A stretch of DNA of 64,000 nucleotides, taken from positions 939-64,938 of the forward strand of contig JBDUCM010000009.1 in assembly GCA_040003455.1 (NCBI GenBank), in the 5' to 3' direction. A program made the position numbers and the translations under genes. Source of the DNA: a bacterium. GTDB lineage: Bacteria > Gemmatimonadota > Gemmatimonadetes > Gemmatimonadales > Gemmatimonadaceae. Below, in pieces: positions 9,801-19,378 of the stretch; the first letter of the stretch is position 1; every line of letters begins with the position of its first letter. The notes under the pieces are model-generated. The model saw nothing but the letters and a program-made list of their open reading frames with translations, ran no database searches and was not told the origin of the DNA.

Positions 9801-10368
9801 CAACATCGGCGGCGCCATTGTCGTGTCGGGCTCGCCCGACAACGCCTTTCCCGACATCCATGCACGCCGGCTCACGTTCACCGACAATGTGTTCCAGAAC
9901 ATCAACGCGTCAGCACAGTTCGACGGCGCCGGCTACGGCGTGCTCGTCAACGGCGACCCCTCAGATGTGACGATCGCGAATAACACGATCATGAGTCCGA
10001 CCAACTCGGCCCTCTTCTTCTCTGGCGGTGCGATCGCTCCGCGCCTCACCATGCGCGACAACGTGGTGCACGGCGGCTCGCTGGGGATCAAGGGCAGCGG
10101 TACGGTCGCGGGAAGTCCCACGCTGGCCGCATTTTCGCCAACCGGCTACTTCATCGGGAACGTGATGGTGATCGCGAGCGGCGCGGGGTATCCCACGGCG
10201 AACTTCTTTCCCACCACCACCACGACCGTGGGATTCAGCAACCTGGGGACCAATGATTTCCGGCTCACTTCGTCCAGCACATACAAGGGTCGAAGCAGCG
10301 AGGGGCGCGATCCCGGGGCGGACCTCGACATGATCAACAGCCTGATCGTAAACGTGATCGTTCCCTGA
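6877..10368 (+). CDS. Secreted lipoprotein with seven Ig-like (Big_2-type) repeats fused to a right-handed beta-helix domain (candidate polysaccharide lyase/epimerase/hydrolase)
   Basis: ATG at 6877 preceded by GAGG. Signal plus lipobox is MRALLKRGAFALMTVVLAC. Seven ~87-aa repeats (about 7000-8820) each contain W(T/S)SS(N/D)..VATVS..G.VT. The C-terminal ~500 aa (8848-10368) carry beta-helix-type motifs (ITNNYLEGSAENILWGG) and are paralogous to the ORF at 11627. Confidence 0.8.
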   Translation: MRALLKRGAFALMTVVLACSSGELTSPLRNGGVSSSSSNIPATVVIAPPATPDLTINTTVNLIVAVRDVSGQSLTSVAVVWTSSDTTVATVSATGLVSGRSIGFSTITAAAGGISASITINVKPIPVNAVSVTVTPAFFVGDSVAAAALPVDAFGTVLSGRPVSWTTRNSAVAAVSSTGVVIGITPGTTKIDAVVGGVTGTATVVVSVAPSAVGSVAVAVGSALIAAGQSTQAAATIKDAVGAVLSNRSVLWTSSNPTVATVSPLGVVTAISLGSVVISASSGGVSGSAPLTVGSNSALPVATIAVSAMIPTLSPSQSIAAAAVPRDANGNVLVGPSFSWSTTDPTIATVSPSGVITGVAPGTVLISATSGGKTGGLSMQVGAITTQPPATVTVLANLSNPDTLSPGDVVQAGATLRNAGGTVVTTVAPTTWSSSNSGVATVNSLGIITALSLGTATVTAANSGTTGAVTVAVVPPPVKTVTMSVGTNTLVTGHTTQAVAVLRDTSGNVLTGRVLTWSHVTPAVATVNANGLITAIGPGSGAIVASSEGRTATIFITVSMPPIASITLSNATPSLMLGQTTQLGVTILDVNGGVVPNALMAWSSNAPTRATVSQTGVVTAVGTGTPASVIISATTGTVTGTITVNTVGHAPENLAALPQVYLNTAAPPAPDVGGVIISVNAGGNLQNALNSAQPGDVIALANGASFTGNFILPNKNTTSTKWITIRPQNLTGMPAQGARMTPTVAATVNLPKILSNTNLGAIATAPGAHHFRIIGVEVTFAPGVTVNTGLVRFGDDGGNGQTTIASIPHDLVLDRSYVHGAPTAQARRGLALNSASSAVIDSYLSDFHEVNGTDAQAIMGWNGPGPFKITNNYLEGSAENILWGGSDPGVPNLVPSDIEIRGNHFYKPPAWKGVWLVKNLYESKNSQRVLIEGNLFENNWQDGQVGTAIALKTSNVGACPWCVTQDYTFRYNLVRNIGGAIVVSGSPDNAFPDIHARRLTFTDNVFQNINASAQFDGAGYGVLVNGDPSDVTIANNTIMSPTNSALFFSGGAIAPRLTMRDNVVHGGSLGIKGSGTVAGSPTLAAFSPTGYFIGNVMVIASGAGYPTANFFPTTTTTVGFSNLGTNDFRLTSSSTYKGRSSEGRDPGADLDMINSLIVNVIVP

Positions 10369-10432
10369 CCGGCGGCGCCTGGTTAGTGTGCAGCATGTCG
10401 CCAGCGCCATTTCTCGACCGACCGTCCCGGGC

Positions 10433-11566
10433 ATGACGGACAAGCCGCTGCGGATCGTCTTCTGCCTCGATGCGTTCGGGGTAGGCGGAACCGAAATGAA
10501 CGCGCTGCGGCTTGCCGAGCACCTCGATCCCTCGCGGTTCGAGGTTGCCATGGCCGTCCTGCGCACCGACGGACCGCTGCGAACGCGCTTCGAGGCGGCG
10601 GGGGTGAAGATCAATGTGTTTCCGGCGACGAGCATTCGCGGCCCCAGCATGATCACCGAGGGTCGACGGTTCGTGGATTTCCTGCGGCGAAATCCTGCCG
10701 ACATCGTCCACGCGCACGACCGGTATTCCAATATGTTCGCCGTGCCGTGGGCTCGTGTCGCTGGCGTGCCGGGCGTCATCGCCAGCCGTCGATGGGACAC
10801 CATGAGCCTGTCGCACAGCATCGGGAACCGCGTCGCGTACAAGCTCGCGCATCTCGTGCTGGGAAACAGCACGTATGTCGGTGAAGCGCTCGTGGCGGCG
10901 GGCGTGCCCCGGAGCCGGGTTGTGGTCGTTTCGAACTTCGTGGACGAGCAGGCGTTCGAGCTGCCCGATGATGACTGGGTGGTTGGAATGCGCGAACAGC
11001 TCGCGCTGGCACCCGACGCGCTCGTGGTCGGTATTCTCGCAAGCCTCCGGTCCATCAAGGACCATCCGACCTTGCTCCGCGCGGTTGCGGTGCTTGCGCC
11101 GCGGTTCCCGAAGTTGGTGCTGGTGCTCATGGGCACGGGCCCCGACAAGACAAATCTCGAACGACTGGCATTGGAACTCGGCATCGCCGGCATCGTTCGC
11201 TTCGCCGGAAGCCAGCCGAACCTGCCCAATCCGCACCGGTTGTTTGACGTGTCGGTACTATGCTCGCTGAGCGAAGGCTTCCCCAATACCATCGTGGAAG
11301 CAATGGCCGCGGCGCGCCCGGTCGTTGCCACGCGCGTGGGCGGCGTGCCCGACGCCGTGACGGACGGGGTGAACGGGCTCCTCACCCCCGCCCGCGATGT
11401 CGGGGCACTCGCGACCGCGCTGGAACGGCTCCTGTTGGATGGAGACCTGCGGACGAAGATGGGTGCGATGGGCCAGCGCATGGCTCGTGAACAATTCACC
11501 GCAGCCGGTGTCCTCCCCGGTATCGAACAGATCTACACGAGGCTTGCCGCCACCCGCCGTCGCTGA
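10433..11566 (+). CDS. Glycosyltransferase family 4-like
   Basis: ATG at 10433 gives MTDKPLRIVFCLDAFGVGGTEMNALRL. The C-terminal motif CSLSEGFPNTIVEAMAARPVVATRVGGVPDAV is the classic GT4 EX7E region. Confidence 0.85.
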   Translation: MTDKPLRIVFCLDAFGVGGTEMNALRLAEHLDPSRFEVAMAVLRTDGPLRTRFEAAGVKINVFPATSIRGPSMITEGRRFVDFLRRNPADIVHAHDRYSNMFAVPWARVAGVPGVIASRRWDTMSLSHSIGNRVAYKLAHLVLGNSTYVGEALVAAGVPRSRVVVVSNFVDEQAFELPDDDWVVGMREQLALAPDALVVGILASLRSIKDHPTLLRAVAVLAPRFPKLVLVLMGTGPDKTNLERLALELGIAGIVRFAGSQPNLPNPHRLFDVSVLCSLSEGFPNTIVEAMAAARPVVATRVGGVPDAVTDGVNGLLTPARDVGALATALERLLLDGDLRTKMGAMGQRMAREQFTAAGVLPGIEQIYTRLAATRRR

Positions 11567-11626
11567 TCCGTCGTCTGAGCTCGGCGCGGGCAATCGGTTG
11601 GTGATCACATCTTCTCCGGTCGATCC

Positions 11627-13249
11627 ATGCATGCTCGCACAAGCTCCGTCCTGATGCTGCTGCTCGCTTTGGCGCCGACACTTAACGGGAGCCAGGGTTC
11701 ACGCGGATCGTCCATCGGCCTCGATCAGCAACAACCGCAGCCGGAGTTGCCACGCATCTATCTCGACACACGGATGCCCGCCATGAAGGGCAAGTCGATC
11801 GTCGTTCCACCTGCGGGCGATCTGCAAGCCGCGCTCAACCGCGCGCAACCCGGTGACGAGATCGTCCTTCAGGCAGGCGCCACGTACGCCGGGAGTTTTG
11901 TTCTGCCGGTCAAGGCAGGTGCAACACGCCTTCCCGGCGCGGGGCCGGTCATTACCGTGCGCAGCTCCGCGCTGGCATCATTGCCCGAAGGGCAGCGGGT
12001 TGCACCGGGTGACACCAGGTTCATGGCGCGTGTGCTCAGCGTGCAGAACGAGACGCACGTCTTCGGCACGGCGCCAGGAACCGCTGGCTGGCGGCTTGCC
12101 GGACTCGAGATCTCCGCGGCGCCTTCCGTCACGTTCCTTCAGCGATTCGTCCGCCTTGGCGACGGGAACTCGACGCAGAACACCCTCGCCGCGATCCCGC
12201 AGAATCTCATTATCGACCGCAGCTACATCCACGCTGGTCCCGCGCTCGAAGTGAAGCACTGCGTGGACTTGCACAGCGGCGCCAGCGCCGTGGTGGACAG
12301 TTACATCGCGGGCTGCAAGACCAAGGACAACGATGCCCAGGCTATCATCGCGTACAACGGGCCCGGCCCATACCGGATTGTCAACAATTACCTGGAGGGG
12401 TCCGGCGAAAACGTCATGATCGGCGGCAGCACCACGTCCGTGCCCAATCAGGTTCCCTCGGACATCGAGGTGAAGCACAACTACTTCGCAAAGCCTTTGT
12501 CCTGGAAGAAGGGCGAGCCCAATTATGACGGCAGCCTGTGGCTCATGAAGAATCTGTTCGAACTGAAGATCGGCCAGCGTATTCTCGTGGAGGGTAACGT
12601 CTTCGAGAACTCATGGGAGAATGCACAGGCCGGCTTTGCGCTCTTGCTCAAGGTCAACAACTCACAGAAGCTGCCCACCACCGACGTGACCGTGCGCTAC
12701 AACATCATTCGCGGCGCGGCGGGCGGCGTGAATGTCGCGGGCATCGATGGGCCCGTGCAGCGCGTTGCGATCGAGAACAACCTGTTCATTGACGTCGGCA
12801 CGCCCCGCTGGGGCAACAGTTCTGCCCTCTTTCAATGCATCGCCGTCACGGACCTGTCCATCACGCACAACACGGGCTTCACCAAGTCGATGTTCCTGTC
12901 ACTCGAGACCGGGCCAATCGTACGGCTGATCTTCCGTAACAACGTGGTATCGCACGGCGATCTGGGCGCCAAGGCGCCCGGCAAGCCAGTGGGCCTCGCG
13001 AGTCTCGCTGCTGCTGCGCCGGATGGCCTGTTCAGCGGGAACGTCCTCATCGGCGCGCCGGCGCCTTACGAGTACCCGTCGAATACCTACCTCTCGGGTC
13101 GTGTGGAATCAGTGGGATTCACCGATACCAAGACCGAGAATTTCGCACTCACCGCCGAAAGTCCGTTCGCGAAGAAGGCAACCGACGGCACCAATCCCGG
13201 CGTGGACTTCATCGCACTCATGCGTGCGGTTGCCGGTGCCAAGCCGTAG
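11627..13249 (+). CDS. Secreted right-handed beta-helix protein, paralog of the C-terminal domain of the 6877 gene
   Basis: 540 aa with an N-terminal signal peptide (MHARTSSVLMLLLALAPTLNG). It aligns along its length with residues from 8848 onward of the upstream gene. Examples are PRIYLDT/PQVYLNT, LNRAQPGDEIVL/LNSAQPGDVIAL, DAQAIIAYNGPGPYRIVNNYLEGSGENVMIGG/DAQAIMGWNGPGPFKITNNYLEGSAENILWGG and VPSDIEVKHNYFAKP/VPSDIEIRGNHFYKP. Confidence 0.75.
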   Translation: MHARTSSVLMLLLALAPTLNGSQGSRGSSIGLDQQQPQPELPRIYLDTRMPAMKGKSIVVPPAGDLQAALNRAQPGDEIVLQAGATYAGSFVLPVKAGATRLPGAGPVITVRSSALASLPEGQRVAPGDTRFMARVLSVQNETHVFGTAPGTAGWRLAGLEISAAPSVTFLQRFVRLGDGNSTQNTLAAIPQNLIIDRSYIHAGPALEVKHCVDLHSGASAVVDSYIAGCKTKDNDAQAIIAYNGPGPYRIVNNYLEGSGENVMIGGSTTSVPNQVPSDIEVKHNYFAKPLSWKKGEPNYDGSLWLMKNLFELKIGQRILVEGNVFENSWENAQAGFALLLKVNNSQKLPTTDVTVRYNIIRGAAGGVNVAGIDGPVQRVAIENNLFIDVGTPRWGNSSALFQCIAVTDLSITHNTGFTKSMFLSLETGPIVRLIFRNNVVSHGDLGAKAPGKPVGLASLAAAAPDGLFSGNVLIGAPAPYEYPSNTYLSGRVESVGFTDTKTENFALTAESPFAKKATDGTNPGVDFIALMRAVAGAKP

Positions 13250-13271
13250 CTGTGGGCCTGTCGGCGAGCTG

Positions 13272-14450
13272 CTACTCGGGCGCCTTCACCACGCGCACCT
13301 GCGTGGTCTTCCACAGGGTCGCGGGATCGTTGAAGAAAATCGACTGCGCGAAGAATGCCGCCGTGACGAGCACGATGAAGGCGGCGATGGGCGCGGAGAT
13401 GCGCTTCAACGGCGACCCTTCCGGTAGCGCGGTGTCCACGAAATACATGCTGTAGAACAGCGCCTGAAGTGACAGACCGATGAGGTTCAACGGGCTTGGC
13501 AGGAAGACGCTCATGATGAGCGTCGCGATGAGCAGGTGCGGGAGGAGCAACCGGCCGAGCTTCAGCATGATGAAGGGCCAGAACAGCCGATTCTTGCGGG
13601 GGTTCAGCAGCCGTGGCTCCTGCCTGAAGAGCTGATAGATGCCCGCCTGCGTGCGCACCTTTCGCCGAAATTCGGAGTTGAGGCTCGTCGGGTAGTCCCA
13701 TGCCACTGCATCCTCCGCGAGGACGGCCCGCTTCCCTGCGAGCACAACCTGGAATGGGAGCCACACATCGTCCAGGATGCAGCCCTTGGGGAGCGGTCGC
13801 ACGAGGGACCGCCGCACGGCGTAGATTGGGCCAGTGGCGCCGAGAATCGAGTCGATTCGGCTGAGATTGTGGCGGATCCAGCTCTCGTAGCGCCAATAGA
13901 GGCCGGTGCTGCCTTCCCCAGATGTTTCTCCCTGCCGGATCTTCAGGCTTCCACTCACTGCGCCAACGGATGAATCGTGGAGACGACTGACAAGGAGCCG
14001 GACGCAGTCTCGTTCAAGGGCTTGGCGCACGTCGGTGAGCAGGATGACCTCGCGCTCCACGTGTTCCCATGCCTGGGTCAGTGCGGCCGCTTTCCCCCCA
14101 CGTGGCAGCCGCATGAAGCGGACACGTCCCGAGGCGACGTACCCCTCGGCAATCGCATCGGTCTGGTCGGATGAGGCGTCGGACAACACCAGGATGTCCA
14201 ACTTGTCAGCGGGATAGTCGGAGGCCAGGACACTCTCGAGCTTCGCGGCCAGAAACCGCTCACCGTTGTGAACCGGGATGACGGCTGTGATGGCGGGCTC
14301 AAACGGGCCGCAGATCACGGGATGGCCAGCCCGTTTTGCCTTGTACGCCAACCAGACCGGATAGAAGGCGAGCGTCCACAGGATCGAGAACACGAACGCG
14401 CCGCACAGCACCACTGACATCGTCACGACCGCACACGGGTCGTCACGCAC
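13272..14450 (-). CDS. Membrane glycosyltransferase family 2 (synthase-like topology)
   Basis: 392 aa with an N-terminal TM. The GT-A core has VIPVHNGERFL and a DxD-like VLSDASSDQT. A C-terminal block of several TM helices resembles processive GT2 enzymes. The start may be M11 at 14420. Confidence 0.8.
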   Translation of the reverse strand: MRDDPCAVVTMSVVLCGAFVFSILWTLAFYPVWLAYKAKRAGHPVICGPFEPAITAVIPVHNGERFLAAKLESVLASDYPADKLDILVLSDASSDQTDAIAEGYVASGRVRFMRLPRGGKAAALTQAWEHVEREVILLTDVRQALERDCVRLLVSRLHDSSVGAVSGSLKIRQGETSGEGSTGLYWRYESWIRHNLSRIDSILGATGPIYAVRRSLVRPLPKGCILDDVWLPFQVVLAGKRAVLAEDAVAWDYPTSLNSEFRRKVRTQAGIYQLFRQEPRLLNPRKNRLFWPFIMLKLGRLLLPHLLIATLIMSVFLPSPLNLIGLSLQALFYSMYFVDTALPEGSPLKRISAPIAAFIVLVTAAFFAQSIFFNDPATLWKTTQVRVVKAPE

Positions 14451-14604
14451 GATGATCGCGAGTGACCGGTCGTCCTACGGGAGTTTGGTCCGATCATGAC
14501 AGGCATTCCCTGCACGCCTCCGTTTACTTGCTCCAGTTGCCCCACCGCCTGACCTTTGTCGAACGCCAAATGTCGACGTTCGAATTCACGACGCAAGCTA
14601 CATG

Positions 14605-14626
14605 CAGTGCCGCACAGTGCCGCACA
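14605..14626 (+). repeat. Tandem 10-bp direct repeat CAGTGCCGCA x2 (plus CA)
   Basis: Read directly in the divergent GT2/GT4 intergenic region. Confidence 0.55.
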
Positions 14627-14727
14627 CATTGCTGCACGAGCCAGTAACGCAGCCGATACTTTCAGCGGTAGTCCCACGTTCGTCATGCAGTCGAAATCCC
14701 ATCATCCTACTCGACGCCTACCTCTGT

Positions 14728-15939
14728 ATGAAAATCCTGTGGGTCAATCAATTCTTCCTGCATCCCACGGAGCGCGGCGGTCAAATCCGCACGATGGGCA
14801 TTCTCAAGCCGTTGCATCGGCGCCACGAAGTGCACTACGCAGCACTGGATGACCCGACGACCACGGAAGGACGGGACATGGCCCATACCTATAGCACAAA
14901 AGCCTATCCCATCCCGCACCAGGTACCCTCGCGACACTCGCCGAGGATCGCTACCCAGGTTGCGCATCACCTGCTCCTGTCCAACCTGCCCCTCACAGTA
15001 AACCGCTACTACTCCAGCCAGCTCCTGCGGACAGTCACCGAATTGCTGGACCGCAATCACTTCGATGCCGTGGTCTGCGATTTCGCCGGCAGCGGCGTCA
15101 ACATGCCAACGCTTCGAGGTTCTGTGCTCTTTCAGCACAACGTGGAAACGACGATTTGGGAGCGTCACGCGGCACATGCCCGGACGGCCGCCCATCGCGC
15201 ATTCTACGGGCTCCAGGCGAAGCGCATGCGACGGTACGAAGAACGGATCTGCCGAGAGAGTGCGCACGTCATCGCCGTATCGCCGCTGGATGCGCAGCGC
15301 ATGCGAGACATGTTCAGTATCGACACCGTGTCCGACGTGGCCACAGGCGTGGACGTGGAGTATTTCCGGAATCCGGGCACCTACGGGAAGACGACCGACT
15401 TCGTCTTCGTCGGCTCGATGGACTGGCTTCCGAACGTGGACGGCATCCTGTGGTTTGCCGCGGAGATCCTTCCACTTCTGCGGAAGCACAAGCCCGACTG
15501 CAGCGTGGCGGTCGTTGGCCGGCGGCCCGACCCAAAGCTGCTTGCGCTCGCGCAGGCTGATCCGCTCATCACGGTCACCGGCACGGTGCCCGATGTGCGC
15601 CCGTATCTCTGGAGCTCACGCCTCTCCATCCTGCCGCTTCGCATCGGCGGCGGAACGCGCATGAAGGTATACGAAGCCATGGCTGCCGGAATACCGATGG
15701 TCTCTACCGAGGTGGGCATGGAGGGATTGGCCTGCCAGCCGGGTCGAGATATTCTCGTCGGTGACACGCCGGAGGAATTTGCCGCCCAGTGCATCGCACT
15801 CCTCGACAATCCCGAACGTGGAGAGGCCATTGCCGCCTCCGCGTTGCGTCTCGTCGAAGAGGAGTGCTCGTGGGAGGCGGTGTCCCGGCAGTTCGAGGAC
15901 GTCCTCGATGACGTGCGCGAAAAAAACGCCCGCACCTGA
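14728..15939 (+). CDS. Glycosyltransferase family 4-like
   Basis: ATG at 14728 gives MKILWVNQFFLHPTERGGQIRTMGILK. The C-terminal part reads GGGTRMKVYEAMAAGIPMVSTEVGMEG (EX7E region). Confidence 0.85.
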   Translation: MKILWVNQFFLHPTERGGQIRTMGILKPLHRRHEVHYAALDDPTTTEGRDMAHTYSTKAYPIPHQVPSRHSPRIATQVAHHLLLSNLPLTVNRYYSSQLLRTVTELLDRNHFDAVVCDFAGSGVNMPTLRGSVLFQHNVETTIWERHAAHARTAAHRAFYGLQAKRMRRYEERICRESAHVIAVSPLDAQRMRDMFSIDTVSDVATGVDVEYFRNPGTYGKTTDFVFVGSMDWLPNVDGILWFAAEILPLLRKHKPDCSVAVVGRRPDPKLLALAQADPLITVTGTVPDVRPYLWSSRLSILPLRIGGGTRMKVYEAMAAGIPMVSTEVGMEGLACQPGRDILVGDTPEEFAAQCIALLDNPERGEAIAASALRLVEEECSWEAVSRQFEDVLDDVREKNART

Positions 15940-15957
15940 GCGGTGTGGGCGCTTTTC
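15920..15957. terminator. Bidirectional intrinsic terminator between convergent genes
   Basis: The stem pairs CGCCCGCACC with GGTGTGGGCG (one G-U pair) around a 5-nt loop. It is flanked by AAAAAAA upstream and TTTT downstream, and it overlaps the stop codon of the 14728 gene. Confidence 0.65.
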
Positions 15958-16000
15958 GCTTGAATCGATCCGAATCGAGGGTGGCGGGAAATCGCCGATG

Positions 16001-17320
16001 CTACCAGGCAACTCCCTGATATGAACCATCCGACGTCCGCGATCCGAACGCGCGGACAAGGTCCACGACCATCTGGCCATCGCGCAGCTGCGGCTGGATC
16101 TCCCGAAACTCCGGGGTTCCATTGCCGATGACCACGACGTCGCCGAAGTCCACGACTTCCTTGACCGTATTCCGCATGAGCGACCAGATGTGCGGAATCT
16201 CGTTCTCGATGTACTCGCGATTGGCGCCAATGAGGTTGGCACGCGACACATGGCCATCGTAGATCGCCAGTTGCAGTCCCTTCCCGATCAGCCGCTCCAC
16301 GAGCGTGACGATCGGAGACTCGCGCAGATCATCCGTGCCGGCTTTGAAGGCCAGACCGAGGATTCCAACGCGCTTTGAGCCGGTTGCTCGCACCATCTCG
16401 TAGGCACGTGTGATCTGCTTTTCGTTGCTCGCCATCGTGGCCGCGAGCACAGGGGTGTCGATGTCGAGCTGACGGGCGCGGTACGATAGCGCGCGCAGGT
16501 CCTTTGGCAGACATGATCCGCCGAACGCGAAGCCGGGCCGCAGGTACGTTGGCGCGATGTTGAGCTTGGTGTCCTCACAGAAAATCCGCATCACCTCGTG
16601 ACTGTCTACGTTGAGCGCCTTGCAGATGGCACCGATCTCGTTGCCGAACGCCACCTTGAGGCCGTGGAAGCAGTTGCACGAGTACTTCACCATCTCCGCG
16701 ACGGCCAGCGGCACAATTCGTACGGGAGCAGAGAGTCCCTCGTACAGCGACGCCACGGTCTTTGCCGTGCGATCGTCTTCGGCGCCGATGACCGTGAACG
16801 GCGGATCGTCGAAATCCTTGATCGACGTACCCTCGCGCAGGAATTCCGGATTCATCGAAACGCCGAAGTCCTTGCCCGCCTTCTTGCCGGATGCTTCCTC
16901 GAGAATCGGCGTCACCACATCGGCCGTCGTCCCCGGCAGCACCGTACTGCGGATGACGACCACATGCCACGCATCCTTCGTCCGCAGGGCGGAGCCTATT
17001 TCCTGGGCAACACGCCGAACGTATGCGAGATCCAGCCCGCCGTTCGCCTGACTTGGCGTGCCCACGCAGACGAGGGAGATTTCGGTTCGCATGACGGCGT
17101 CCGCCACGTCGGTCGTCGCCGTGAGCTTGCCCGACTTCACCATCTCGGCCACGAGCTCACCGATGCCGTGTTCGACGATGGTGGCCGTGCCGGACTTGAT
17201 CATGTCCACCTTGCTGCGGCTCACGTCCACACCGACGACCGTATTTCCTTCACGCGCGAGGCAGGCGGCGCTCACGCAACCCACGTAACCGAGACCGAAG
17301 ACGCTGACTGAGTTGGACAT
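16001..17320 (-). CDS. GDP-mannose 6-dehydrogenase-like nucleotide-sugar dehydrogenase (AlgD/UDP-glucose dehydrogenase family)
   Basis: ATG at 17320 gives MSNSVSVFGLGYVGCVSAACLAREGNTVVGVDVSRSKVDMIKSG...SLVCVGTPS. This closely follows the AlgD N-terminal pattern (FGLGYVG...G..V.GVDV...K.D.I..G.SPIVE), and GGSCLPKDLRAL is the catalytic Cys motif. GDP-Man versus UDP-Glc specificity cannot be fixed by eye. Confidence 0.85.
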   Translation of the reverse strand: MSNSVSVFGLGYVGCVSAACLAREGNTVVGVDVSRSKVDMIKSGTATIVEHGIGELVAEMVKSGKLTATTDVADAVMRTEISLVCVGTPSQANGGLDLAYVRRVAQEIGSALRTKDAWHVVVIRSTVLPGTTADVVTPILEEASGKKAGKDFGVSMNPEFLREGTSIKDFDDPPFTVIGAEDDRTAKTVASLYEGLSAPVRIVPLAVAEMVKYSCNCFHGLKVAFGNEIGAICKALNVDSHEVMRIFCEDTKLNIAPTYLRPGFAFGGSCLPKDLRALSYRARQLDIDTPVLAATMASNEKQITRAYEMVRATGSKRVGILGLAFKAGTDDLRESPIVTLVERLIGKGLQLAIYDGHVSRANLIGANREYIENEIPHIWSLMRNTVKEVVDFGDVVVIGNGTPEFREIQPQLRDGQMVVDLVRAFGSRTSDGSYQGVAW

Positions 17321-17339
17321 TTCAGAGAAGATGGGGGGC

Positions 17340-19310
<1,971 letters not shown>

Positions 19311-19378
19311 TGACTCGACCTCGCGATTCAGTTGATGGCCCGTCGACGCGTGAGACGCGCCGCACCGCACTTTCCCAG

